DNA from: Octopus sinensis
Taxonomy: Eukaryota
Direction of reading: 5' to 3'
DNA: 64,000 nucleotides
Assembly: GCF_006345805.1 (NCBI RefSeq)
Contig: NC_043017.1
Coordinates: forward strand, 15,500,001-15,564,000
In this document: piece by piece, positions 51,201 through 63,719 of the stretch
Layout of the letters: each line of letters starts with the position of its first letter
How positions within the stretch are numbered: the first letter of the stretch is position 1
Position numbers and translations under genes: made by a program
Notes under the pieces: generated by a model
Seen by the model: the letters and a program-made list of their open reading frames with translations, nothing else
Database searches by the model: none
What the model was told of the DNA's origin: nothing

Positions 51201-54200
51201 CAGTATCGCCTGACTGGCTCCCGTGCCAGTGACATGTAAAAAGCACCATTCAAGCATGGGTCACTGCCAGTATCGCCTGACTGGCTCCCGTGCCAGTGAC
51301 ATGTATAAAAGCACCATTCAAGCATGGGTCACTGCCAGTATCGCCTGACTGGCTCCCGTGCCAGTGACATGTAAAAAGCATCATTCAAGCATGGGTCACT
51401 GCCAGTATCGCCTGACTGGCTCCCGTGCCAGTGACATGTAAAAAGCACACCATTCAAGCATGGGTCACTGCCAGTATCGCCTGACTGGCTCCCGTGCCAG
51501 TGACATGTATAAAAGCACCATTCAAGCATGGGTCACTGCCAGTATCGCCTGACTAGCTCCCGTGCCAGTGACATGTAAAAAGCACCATTCAAGCATGGGT
51601 CACTGCCAGTATCGCCTGACTAGCTCCCGTGCCAGTGACATGTAAAAAGCATCATTCAAGCATGGGTCACTGCCAATATCGCCTGACTAGCTCCCGTGCC
51701 AGTGACATGTAAAAAGCATCATTCAAGCATGGGTCACTGCCAGTATCGCCTGACTAGCTCCCGTGCCAGTGGCAAGTAAAAAGCATCATTCAAGCATGGG
51801 TCACTGCCAGTATCGCCTGACTGGCTCCCGTGCCAGTGACATGTATAAAAGCACCATTCAAGCATGGGTCACTGCCAGTATCGCCTGACTGGCTCCCGTG
51901 CCAGTGACATGTAAAAAGCACCATTCAAGCATGGGTCACTGCCAGTATCGCCTGACTGGCTCCCGTGCCAGTGACATGTAAAAAGCACCATTCAAGCATG
52001 GGTCACTGCCAGTATCGCCTGACTGGCTCCCGTGCCAGTGACATGTAAAAAGCACCATTCAAGCATGGGTCACTGCCAGTATCGCCTGACTGGCTCCCGT
52101 GCCAGTGACATGTAAAAAGCACCATTCAAGCATGGGTCACTGCCAGTATCGCCTGACTGGCTCCCGTGCCAGTGACATGTAAAAAGCACCATTCAAGCAT
52201 GGGTCACTGCCAGTATCGCCTGACTAGCTCCCGTGCCAGTGACATGTAAAAAGCATCATTCAAGCATGGGTCACTGCCAGTATCGCCTGACTAGCTCCCG
52301 TGCCAGTGGCAAGTAAAAAGCATCATTCAAGCATGGGTCACTGCCAGTATCGCCTGACTGGCTCCCGTGCCAGTGACATGTATAAAAGCACCATTCAAGC
52401 ATGGGTCACTGCCAGTATCGCCTGACTGGCTCCCATGCCAGTGACATGTAAAAAGCACCATTCAAGCATGGGTCACTGCCAGTATCGCCTGACTAGCTCC
52501 CGTGCCAGTGGCAAGTAAAAAGCATCATTCAAGCATGGGTCACTGCCAGTATCGCCTGACTGGCTCCCGTGCCAGTGACATGTATAAAAGCACCATTCAA
52601 GCATGGGTCACTGCCAGTATCGCCTGACTGGCTCCCGTGCCAGTGACATGTAAAAAGCATCATTCAAGCATGGGTCACTGCCAGTATCGCCTGACTGGCT
52701 CCCGTGCCAGTGACATGTATAAAAGCACCATTCAAGCATGGGTCACTGCCAGTATCGCCTGACTGCTCCCATGCCAGTGACATGTAAAAAGCACCATTCA
52801 AGCATGGGTCACTGCCAGTATCGCCTGACTGGCTCCCGTGCCAGTGACATGTAAAAAGCACCATTCAAGCATGGGTCACTGCCAGTATCGCCTGACTGGC
52901 TCCCGTGCCAGTGACATGTAAAAAGCACCATTCAAGCATGGGTCACTGCCAGTATCGCCTGACTGGCTCCCGTGCCAGTGACATGTAAAAAGCATCATTC
53001 AAGCATGGGTCACTGCCAGTATCGCCTGACTGGCTCCCGTGCCAGTGACATGTAAAAAGCACCATTCAAGCATGGGTCACTGCCAGTATCGCCTGACTGG
53101 CTCCCGTGCCAGTGACATGTAAAAAGCACCATTCAAGCATGGGTCACTGCCAGTATCGCCTGACTGGCTCCCGTGCCAGTGACATGTAAAAAGCACCATT
53201 CAAGCATGGGTCACTGCCAGTATCGCCTGACTGGCTCCCGTGCCAGTGACATGTAAAAAGCACCATTCAAGCATGGGTCACTGCCAGTATCGCCTGACTG
53301 GCTCCCGTGCCAGTGACATGTAAAAAGCATCATTCAAGCATGGGTCACTGCCAGTATCGCCTGACTGGCTCCCGTGCCAGTGACATGTAAAAAGCACCAT
53401 TCAAGCATGGGTCACTGCCAGTATCGCCTGACTGGCTCCCGTGCCAGTGACATGTAAAAAGCACCATTCAAGCATGGGTCACTGCCAGTATCGCCTGACT
53501 GGCTCCCGTGCCAGTGACATGTAAAAAGCATCATTCAAGCATGGGTCACTGCCAGTATCGCCTGACTGGCTCCCGTGCCAGTGACATGTAAAAAGCACCA
53601 TTCAAGCATGGGTCACTGCCAGTATCGCCTGACTGGCTCCCGTGCCAGTGACATGTAAAAAGCACCATTCAAGCATGGGTCACTGCCAGTATCGCCTGAC
53701 TGGCTCCCGTGCCAGTGACATGTAAAAAGCACCATTCAAGCATGGGTCACTGCCAGTATCGCCTGACTGGCTCCCGTGCCAGTGACATGTAAAAAGCACC
53801 ATTCAAGCATGGGTCACTGCCAGTATCGCCTGACTGGCTCCCGTGCCAGTGACATGTAAAAAGCACCATTCAAGCATGGGTCACTGCCAGTATCGCCTGA
53901 CTGGCTCCCGTGCCAGTGACATGTAAAAAGCATCATTCAAGCATGGGTCACTGCCAGTATCGCCTGACTGGCTCCCGTGCCAGTGACATGTAAAAAGCAC
54001 CATTCAAGCATGGGTCACTGCCAGTATCGCCTGACTGGCTCCCGTGCCAGTGACATGTAAAAAGCATCATTCAAGCATGGGTCACTGCCAGTATCGCCTG
54101 ACTGGCTCCCGTGCCAGTGACATGTAAAAAGCACCATTCAAGCATGGGTCACTGCCAGTATCGCCTGACTGGCTCCCGTGCCAGTGACATGTAAAAAGCA

Positions 54201-57200
54201 CCATTCAAGCATGGGTCACTGCCAGTATCGCCTGACTGGCTCCCGTGCCAGTGACATGTAAAAAGCACCATTCAAGCATGGGTCACTGCCAGTATCGCCT
54301 GACTGGCTCCCGTGCCAGTGACATGTAAAAAGCACCATTCAAGCATGGGTCACTGCCAGTATCGCCTGACTGGCTCCCGTGCCAGTGACATGTAAAAAGC
54401 ATCATTCAAGCATGGGTCACTGCCAGTATCGCCTGACTGGCTCCCGTGCCAGTGACATGTAAAAAGCACCATTCAAGCATGGGTCACTGCCAGTATCGCC
54501 TGACTGGCTCCCGTGCCAGTGACATGTAAAAAGCACCATTCAAGCATGGGTCACTGCCAGTATCGCCTGACTGGCTCCCGTGCCAGTGACATGTAAAAAG
54601 CATCATTCAAGCATGGGTCACTGCCAGTATCGCCTGACTGGCTCCCGTGCCAGTGACATGTAAAAAGCATCATTCAAGCATGGGTCACTGCCAGTATCGC
54701 CTGACTAGCTCCCGTGCCAGTGGCAGTAAAAAGCATCATTCAAGCATGGTCACTGCCAGTATCGCCTGACTGGCTCCCGTGCCAGTGACATGTATAAAAG
54801 CACCATTCAAGCATGGGTCACTGCCAGTATCGCCTGACTGGCTCCCATGCCAGTGACATGTAAAAGCACCATTCAAGCATGGGTCACTGCCAGTATCGCC
54901 TGACTAGCTCCCGTGCCAGTGGCAAGTAAAAAGCATCATTCAAGCATGGGTCACTGCCAGTATCGCCTGACTGGCTCCCGTGCCAGTGACATGTATAAAA
55001 GCACCATTCAAGCATGGGTCACTGCCAGTATCGCCTGACTGGCTCCCCCGTGCCAGTGACATGTAAAAAGCATCATTCAAGCATGGGTCACTGCCAGTAT
55101 CGCCTGACTGGCTCCCGTGCCAGTGACATGTATAAAAGCACCATTCAAGCATGGGTCACTGCCAGTATCGCCTGACTGGCTCCCATGCCAGTGACATGTA
55201 AAAAGCACCATTCAAGCATGGGTCACTGCCAGTATCGCCTGACTGGCTCCCGTGCCAGTGACATGTAAAAAGCACCATTCAAGCATGGGTCACTGCCAGT
55301 ATCGCCTGACTGGCTCCCGTGCCAGTGACATGTAAAAAGCACCATTCAAGCATGGGTCACTGCCAGTATCGCCTGACTGGCTCCCGTGCCAGTGACATGT
55401 AAAAAGCATCATTCAAGCATGGGTCACTGCCAGTATCGCCTGACTGGCTCCCGTGCCAGTGACATGTAAAAAGCACCATTCAAGCATGGGTCACTGCCAG
55501 TATCGCCTGACTGGCTCCCGTGCCAGTGACATGTAAAAAGCACCATTCAAGCATGGGTCACTGCCAGTATCGCCTGACTGGCTCCCGTGCCAGTGACATG
55601 TAAAAGCACCATTCAAGCATGGGTCACTGCCAGTATCGCCTGACTGGCTCCCGTGCCAGTGACATGTAAAAAGCACCATTCAAGCATGGGTCACTGCCAG
55701 TATCGCCTGACTGGCTCCCGTGCCAGTGACATGTAAAAAGCATCATTCAAGCATGGGTCACTGCCAGTATCGCCTGACTGGCTCCCGTGCCAGTGACATG
55801 TAAAAAGCACCATTCAAGCATGGGTCACTGCCAGTATCGCCTGACTGGCTCCCGTGCCAGTGACATGTAAAAAGCACCATTCAAGCATGGGTCACTGCCA
55901 GTATCGCCTGACTGGCTCCCGTGCCAGTGACATGTAAAAAGCACATTCAAGCATGGGTCACTGCCAGTATCGCCTGACTGGCTCCCGTGCCAGTGACATG
56001 TAAAAAGCACCATTCAAGCATGGGTCACTGCCAGTATCGCCTGACTGGCTCCCGTGCCAGTGACATGTAAAAAGCACCATTCAAGCATGGGTCACTGCCA
56101 GTATCGCCTGACTGGCTCCCGTGCCAGTGACATGTAAAAAGCACCATTCAAGCATGGGTCACTGCCAGTATCGCCTGACTGGCTCCCGTGCCAGTGACAT
56201 GTAAAAAGCACCATTCAAGCATGGGTCACTGCCAGTATCGCCTGACTGGCTCCCGTGCCAGTGACATGTAAAAAGCACCATTCAAGCATGGGTCACTGCC
56301 AGTATCGCCTGACTGGCTCCCGTGCCAGTGACATGTAAAAAGCACATTCAAGCATGGGTCACTGCCAGTATCGCCTGACTGGCTCCCGTGCCAGTGACAT
56401 GTAAAAAGCACCATTCAAGCATGGGTCACTGCCAGTATCGCCTGACTGGCTCCCGTGCCAGTGACATGTAAAAAGCATCATTCAAGCATGGGTCACTGCC
56501 AGTATCGCCTGACTGGCTCCCGTGCCAGTGACATGTAAAAGCACCATTCAAGCATGGGTCACTGCCAGTATCGCCTGACTGGCTCCCGTGCCAGTGACAT
56601 GTAAAAAGCACCATTCAAGCATGGGTCACTGCCAGTATCGCCTGACTGGCTCCCGTGCCAGTGACATGTAAAAAGCACCATTCAAGCATGGGTCACTGCC
56701 AGTATCGCCTGACTGGCTCCCGTGCCAGTGACATGTAAAAAGCACCATTCAAGCATGGGTCACTGCCAGTATCGCCTGACTGGCTCCCGTGCCAGTGACA
56801 TGTAAAAAGCATCATTCAAGCATGGGTCACTGCCAGTATCGCCTGACTGGCTCCCGTGCCAGTGACATGTAAAAAGCACCATTCAAGCATGGGTCACTGC
56901 CAGTATCGCCTGACTGGCTCCCGTGCCAGTGACATGTAAAAAGCACCATTCAAGCATGGGTCACTGCCAGTATCGCCTGACTGGCTCCCGTGCCAGTGAC
57001 ATGTAAAAAGCATCATTCAAGCATGGGTCACTGCCAGTATCGCCTGACTGGCTCCCGTGCCAGTGACATGTAAAAGCACCATTCAAGCATGGGTCACTGC
57101 CAGTATCGCCTGACTGGCTCCCGTGCCAGTGACATGTAAAAAGCATCATTCAAGCATGGGTCACTGCCAGTATCGCCTGACTGGCTCCCGTGCCAGTGAC

Positions 57201-60200
57201 ATGTAAAACACCATTCAAGCATGGGTCACTGCCAGTATCGCCTGACTGGCTCCCGTGCCAGTGACATGTAAAAAGCACCATTCAAGCATGGGTCACTGCC
57301 AGTATCGCCTGACTGGCTCCCGTGCCAGTGACATGTTAAACACCATTCAAGCATGGGTCACTGCCAGTATCGCCTGACTGGCTCCCGTGCCAGTGACATG
57401 TAAAAAGCACCATTCAAGCATGGGTCACTGCCAGTATCGCCTGACTGGCTCCCGTGCCAGTGACATGTATAAAAGCACCATTCAAGCATGGGTCACTGCC
57501 AGTATCGCCTGACTGGCTCCCGTGCCAGTGACATGTAAAAGCACCATTCAAGCATGGGTCACTGCCAGTATCGCCTGACTGGCTCCCGTGCCAGTGACAT
57601 GTAAAAAGCACCATTCAAGCATGGGTCACTGCCAGTATCGCCTGACTGGCTCCCGTGCCAGTGACATGTAAAAAGCACCATTCAAGCATGGGTCACTGCC
57701 AGTATCGCCTGACTGGCTCCCGTGCCAGTGACATGTAAAAAGCACCATTCAAGCATGGGTCACTGCCAGTATCGCCTGACTGGCTCCCGTGCCAGTGACA
57801 TGTAAAAAGCATCATTCAAGCATGGGTCACTGCCAGTATCGCCTGACTGGCTCCCGTGCCAGTGACATGTAAAAACAGCACCATTCAAGCATGGTCACTG
57901 CCAGTATCGCCTGACTGGCTCCCGTGCCAGTGACATGTAAAAAGCATCATTCAAGCATGGGTCACTGCCAGTATCGCCTGACTGGCTCCCGTGCCAGTGA
58001 CATGTAAAAAGCACCATTCAAGCATGGGTCACTGCCAGTATCGCCTGACTGGCTCCCGTGCCAGTGACATGTAAAAAGCACCATTCAAGCATGGGTCACT
58101 GCCAGTATCGCCTGACTGGCTCCCGTGCCAGTGACATGTAAAAAGCACCATTCAAGCATGGGTCACTGCCAGTATCGCCTGACTGGCTCCCGTGCCAGTG
58201 ACATGTAAAAAGCACCATTCAAGCATGGGTCACTGCCAGTATCGCCTGACTGGCTCCCGTGCCAGTGACATGTAAAAAGCACCATTCAAGCATGGGTCAC
58301 TGCCAGTATCGCCTGACTGGCTCCCGTGCCAGTGACATGTAAAAGCACCATTCAAGCATGGGTCACTGCCAGTATCGCCTGACTGGCTCCCGTGCCAGTG
58401 ACATGTAAAAAGCACCATTCAAGCATGGGTCACTGCCAGTATCGCCTGACTGGCTCCCGTGCCAGTGACATGTAAAAAGCACCATTCAAGCATGGGTCAC
58501 TGCCAGTATCGCCTGACTGGCTCCCGTGCCAGTGACATGTAAAAAGCACCATTCAAGCATGGGTCACTGCCAGTATCGCCTGACTGGCTCCCGTGCCAGT
58601 GACATGTAAAAAGCATCATTCAAGCATGGGTCACTGCCAGTATCGCCTGACTGGCTCCCGTGCCAGTGACATGTAAAAAGCACCATTCAAGCATGGGTCA
58701 CTGCCAGTATCGCCTGACTGGCTCCCGTGCCAGTGACATGTAAAAAGCATCATTCAAGCATGGGTCACTGCCAGTATCGCCTGACTGGCTCCCGTGCCAG
58801 TGACATGTAAAAAGCACCATTCAAGCATGGGTCACTGCCAGTATCGCCTGACTGGCTCCCGTGCCAGTGACATGTAAAAAGCAACATTCAAGCATGGGTC
58901 ACTGCCAGTATCGCCTGACTGGCTCCCGTGCCAGTGACATGTAAAAAGCACCATTCAAGCATGGGTCACTGCCAGTATCGCCTGACTGGCTCCCGTGCCA
59001 GTGACATGTAAAAAGCACATCATTCAAGCATGGGTCACTGCCAGTATCGCCTGACTGGCTCCCGTGCCAGTGACATGTAAAAAGCACCATTCAAGCATGG
59101 GTCACTGCCAGTATCGCCTGACTGGCTCCCGTGCCAGTGACATGTAAAAAGCACCATTCAAGCATGGGTCACTGCCAGTATCGCCTGACTGGCTCCCGTG
59201 CCAGTGACATGTAAAAAGCACCATTCAAGCATGGGTCACTGCCAGTATCGCCTGACTGGCTCCCGTGCCAGTGACATGTAAAAAGCACCATTCAAGCATG
59301 GGTCACTGCCAGTATCGCCTGACTGGCTCCCGTGCCAGTGACATGTAAAAAGCACCATTCAAGCATGGGTCACTGCCAGTATCGCCTGACTGGCTCCCGT
59401 GCCAGTGACATGTAAAAAGCACCATTCAAGCATGGGTCACTGCCAGTATCGCCTGACTGGCTCCCGTGCCAGTGACATGTAAAAAGCACCATTCAAGCAT
59501 GGGTCACTGCCAGTATCGCCTGACTGGCTCCCGTGCCAGTGACATGTAAAAGCACCATTCAAGCATGGGTCACTGCCAGTATCGCCTGACTGGCTCCCGT
59601 GCCAGTGACATGTAAAAAGCACCATTCAAGCATGGGTCACTGCCAGTATCGCCTGACTGGCTCCCGTGCCAGTGACATGTAAAAAGCACCATTCAAGCAT
59701 GGGTCACTGCCAGTATCGCCTGACTGGCTCCCGTGCCAGTGACATGTAAAAGCACCATTCAAGCATGGGTCACTGCCAGTATCGCCTGACTGGCTCCCGT
59801 GCCAGTGACATGTAAAAAGCACCATTCAAGCATGGGTCACTGCCAGTATCGCCTGACTGGCTCCCGTGCCAGTGACATGTAAAAAGCACCATTCAAGCAT
59901 GGGTCACTGCCAGTATCGCCTGACTGGCTCCCGTGCCAGTGACATGTAAAAGCACCATTCAAGCATGGGTCACTGCCAGTATCGCCTGACTGGCTCCCGT
60001 GCCAGTGACATGTAAAAAGCATCATTCAAGCATGGGTCACTGCCAGTATCGCCTGACTGGCTCCCGTGCCAGTGACATGTAAAAGCACCATTCAAGCATG
60101 GGTCACTGCCAGTATCGCCTGACTGGCTCACGTGCCAGTGGCAAGTAAAAAGCATCATTCAAGCATGGGTCACTGCCAGTATCGCCTGACTGGCTCCCGT

Positions 60201-60533
60201 GCCAGTGACATGTAAAAAGCACCATTCAAGCATGGGTCACTGCCAGTATCGCCTGACTGGCTCCCGCCGTGCCAGTGACATGTAAAAGCACCATTCAAGC
60301 ATGGGTCACTGACAGTATCGCCTGACTGGCTCCCGTGCCAGTGACATGTAAAAAGCATCATTCAAGCATGGGTCACTGCCAGTATCGCCTGACTGGCTCC
60401 CGTGCCAGTGACATGTAAAAAGCACCATTCAAGCATGGGTCACTGCCAGTATCGCCTGACTGGCTCCCGTCCCAGTGACATGTAAAAAGCACCATTCAAG
60501 TGCAGGTTGTTGCCAGTGCCGACTGGCTCTCAT
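42249..60533. repeat. 67-bp tandem satellite array, ~270 monomers, ~18.2 kb, inside an EHMT intron
   Basis: Monomer GCCAGTGACATGTAAAAAGCACCATTCAAGCATGGGTCACTGCCAGTATCGCCTGACTGGCTCCCGT (period check 48001 to 48068). Canonical copies span 42315-60470, with one diverged unit at each end. Confidence 0.98.
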
Positions 60534-60718
60534 GCGGGTGACAAATAAAAAGCACCCACTACCCTCTTGGAATGGCTGGCATTAGGAAGGGCATCCAGCT
60601 GTAGACACTTTGCCGGATCAGATTGGAGCCTGGTACAGCCTTCTGGCTTGCCACTCTTCAGTCAAAACCATCCAATTCTTGCTAGTATGGAAAGCGGACA
60701 TTAAGCAATGATGATGAT
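60534..60718 (+). mobile_element. RTE-type 3' end with (GAT)n tail, continuous with the satellite
   Basis: ..aataaaaagcacccactac..ggcattaggaagggcatccagctgtag..ggaaagcggacattaagcaatgatgatgat; homologous to 28220-28378, 63880-64000 and the reverse complement of ~36690-36830. Confidence 0.85.
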
Positions 60719-60744
60719 ATATATATATATATATATATATATAG

Positions 60745-60784
<40 letters not shown>

Positions 60785-60785
60785 C

Positions 60786-60817
<32 letters not shown>

Positions 60818-60818
60818 A

Positions 60819-60866
<48 letters not shown>

Positions 60867-60882
60867 GTGTGTGTGTGTGTGT

Positions 60883-60924
<42 letters not shown>

Positions 60925-61101
60925 ATATATATATATATATTTGAAAGTCTTCTGAAAATTATTTAATATGGTTTTTAAGCATAAAGGAGATTTTTAAAAA
61001 GTTACAGAATCTTTTATCAGGATGTTGCTAACCTTTTTGTAAGAAGTCATTTCCTAATGCGTGCGAGCAATTTTGATTAATTTCCTCAAACACATGTGCT
61101 C

Positions 61102-61145
<44 letters not shown>

Positions 61146-61371
61146 TATATACATACATAAAGTATCGAGAAATAAAGTCTTAAACGATGATCAACTATTA
61201 CTACTACACAAACAACCAGCCAACGCTATATATATATATATATACATACACACACACACACACACACGCACGCGCACAAATCTGCAGTATTGTACAGTGA
61301 ATATATAAAGAATGTCTCAGTTAACAATTGTTATTGTCAGAGAGAGAGAGAGAGAGAGGAGGAGGACTCAC

Positions 61372-61516
61372 CTGCAAGCTAGAAATTACCCTGTTTATAT
61401 TGAGAGGAGTGGTTTCGACACTCTGGGTGACATATTGGAAATCTAGAGGTGGTCCTTCATCATCGATGGCATTGATACTGTTAATAGGGAAGTTTTCACG
61501 GCCAAACGAGATATCT
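61372..61516 (-). CDS. EHMT1: EHMT1/G9a exon (start of pre-SET region)
   Basis: acag|(R)DISFGRENFPINSINAIDDEGPPLDFQYVTQSVETTPLNINRVISSLQ|gtgagt; 145 nt. Confidence 0.95.
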
Positions 61517-61744
61517 CTGTAAAGTCATTTACAAAAGCACATTCTTAATCACAACAGGCTAATTAAACACAACAATAAAATAGTTAATCACAACAGACTA
61601 ATGAAACACAATAATCGAATGTTCTTAGTGAGGGTGGGTGGGTACTCTACCTGTCATGACACACCAAAATATTGTGATCAACACCTATTATATTTTGAAT
61701 TGACCACACAACACCTACTATATTAATATCATTAACATTATTAA

Positions 61745-61975
61745 GGCAGCAAGCCGGGAGAATCGTTAGCAGACCAGGCAAAATGCTAAGCAGCATTTTG
61801 TCCGTCTGTACATTTTGTATTCTAATTCTGTCAAGGTGAACTTGGCCACTCATCCTTTCGGGGTCAATAAAGTAAGTACCAGTGAAGCACTGGGGTCTAT
61901 GTAATTGACTAGCCCTGACCCACATAATTTCAGGCCCTGTGCCTATAGTAGGAAGGATTATTATTATTATTATTA
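61745..61975 (-). mobile_element. tRNA-derived SINE family 1
   Basis: Reads on the plus strand as ggcagcaagccgggagaatcgttagc..cctttcggggtcaataaagtaagtacc..(att)n, i.e. the family-1 layout; orientation should be rechecked by alignment. Confidence 0.55.
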
Positions 61976-62289
61976 CCACACATTGTACATAAATCTCTGG
62001 TTGCTATACAACTAAAGTAGAGGTACACCATTTATTCGCACCAAGTGGAACATGCTCCCTAATATGTCTTGTTCAATCATGTTCTTTATAATTCATTAAT
62101 CTCAACTGCAACAATATCAATGAAGATTCAAAATATGACAGCTGTATATTTACCTTAAATTAATTTATGATTATTTAATATGCTGCTGCCTTCAACACCA
62201 GTCATGGTTAACCATTAATCTTGTACGATTAATGTTTAAAATCTCAGTTTCAACAAGACTATGGCTATAATCCCAGTCCACAACCAACG

Positions 62290-62640
62290 CTGGCAATGGC
62301 TGTGTGGTGAGAAGTTTGCCTCCCAAACACATGGTTCCAGGTTCAGTTCCAGTGTGGTCCCTGGGGCAAGTGTCTTCTATTATAGCCTCAGGCCAACCAA
62401 AGCCTTGTGAGTGGATTTGATAGATGGAAGCAGAAAGAAGCTTGTCGTGTATATATATCATGTCATGTATGTGTGTCTGAGCCTGTCCACCACCACTGCT
62501 TGACAACTGGTACGAGTGTGTCTATGTCCAGGTAACTTTGAAGCTGGGCAAAAGAGACTGATGGAATAAACTGTTTGACTAAAAATTCTTCAAGGCAGTG
62601 CTCCAGCATGGCCACAGTCTAATGAGACTGTAACAAGTGA
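62290..62640 (+). mobile_element. SINE family 2
   Basis: ggctgtgtggtgagaagtttgcc..gggcaagtgtcttctattatagcc..gtgctccagcatggccacagtc. Confidence 0.8.
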
Positions 62641-63022
62641 AAGAATACTACAATCTTCACAATTTAGTCAATCGATGTTGTACCTTTAACCCTTATCATA
62701 TAAGATCCACCCAAAATCACACACCATGGTCCTTTCCTATAAACTTCTGGTATTAAAGTGATTTGAATTAAAATTTCCCATCAGAATTTCAGGTGGATTT
62801 TCCAAACATCAAATAAACAACAACAAAGAAATTCACACACACACACACACAGAGTACAACCATCTCTCCTGTCTAGATAATGTAGTCCTAGATAGACAAT
62901 GTCTGAATAAAAGATGAGATGGCCATGAATGGAACACCTTTGAACACACATCTGCTGAATCAGGGCTGACCTGCTACATAACAACAACAACAGCATCAAA
63001 CATTAACGAAATGCTAGTTTAC

Positions 63023-63129
63023 CTGTGGACAAGTTTTTCGGATCTTTCAAGTCTCTTTGAGGCCAAATCTCTCAGCTCCTTGTTTACGTTTAGTGCCATC
63101 CATACATTACTCTTCTGGTCCAGACAACA
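63023..63129 (-). CDS. EHMT1: EHMT1/G9a exon (ankyrin-to-pre-SET linker)
   Basis: gcag|CCLDQKSNVWMALNVNKELRDLASKRLERSEKLVH(R)|gtaaac; 107 nt. Matches G9a SDVWFALQLN..RTEKIICR from recall. Confidence 0.93.
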
Positions 63130-63398
63130 CTGCAAGCAACAACAGGTGTAAAATCATCAATTGTGGAAACCATGGTTACAGTGAGGAAGGAAGAGGGTGG
63201 ACGGTCTTTTTACTGACAAAAGCTGTTTTACTAATTTCTCTAATTATTAAAAAGCAGTGGATTTCAAAAGAAATAGGGTAACAAAAGGGTTAAAATGCAA
63301 AGAGGTGTCTCTCCGTTGTAATGTTTGCTGTATTAAGTTTGGGAATAGAAGGGAAAGAAGAAAGGAAGGAAGGAATGAAGTATAATAACGTAACTTAC

Positions 63399-63462
63399 AT
63401 CTGATGGTAATTGGTTGATGTTGTTGCGAGCACTAATGTCAGCCCCACGTAAGAGACACAAC
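63399..63462 (-). CDS. EHMT1: EHMT1/G9a exon (last ankyrin repeat); gene continues beyond the window
   Basis: caacag|G-LCLLRGADISARNNINQLPSD|gtaagt; 64 nt. Resembles LFLSRGANPELRNKEG. Confidence 0.88.
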
Positions 63463-63719
63463 CTGTTGGAAATACAACAATCATTTAGCATTATTATTAT
63501 TATTATTATTATAATGTTACACAGTTTTATAAAGGCAGATTAAGTAAAAAGAAAAAAAAACTGTAGCATTATTTCAGGGTTTACTTAACCCTGGGACAAA
63601 ATATTGGGGGGGGCAGCTTTGACTTCAGCAAACTTCTTACTGGGAAAGAAATACAGCCATGTTGTTGTTGTTTATTAACAAATCCTTTTTGTACCTTCAC
63701 CTCACATCTCTCTCTGTCA

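Noticed and set aside
42315-60470. CRISPR-like array or repeated 62-70 aa ORFs (MVLFTCHWHGSQSGDTGSDPCLN)
   Set aside because: There are no unique spacers and the context is eukaryotic. The 67-bp period is not a multiple of 3, the frames stop regularly, and the ORFs appear only where indels shift frame.
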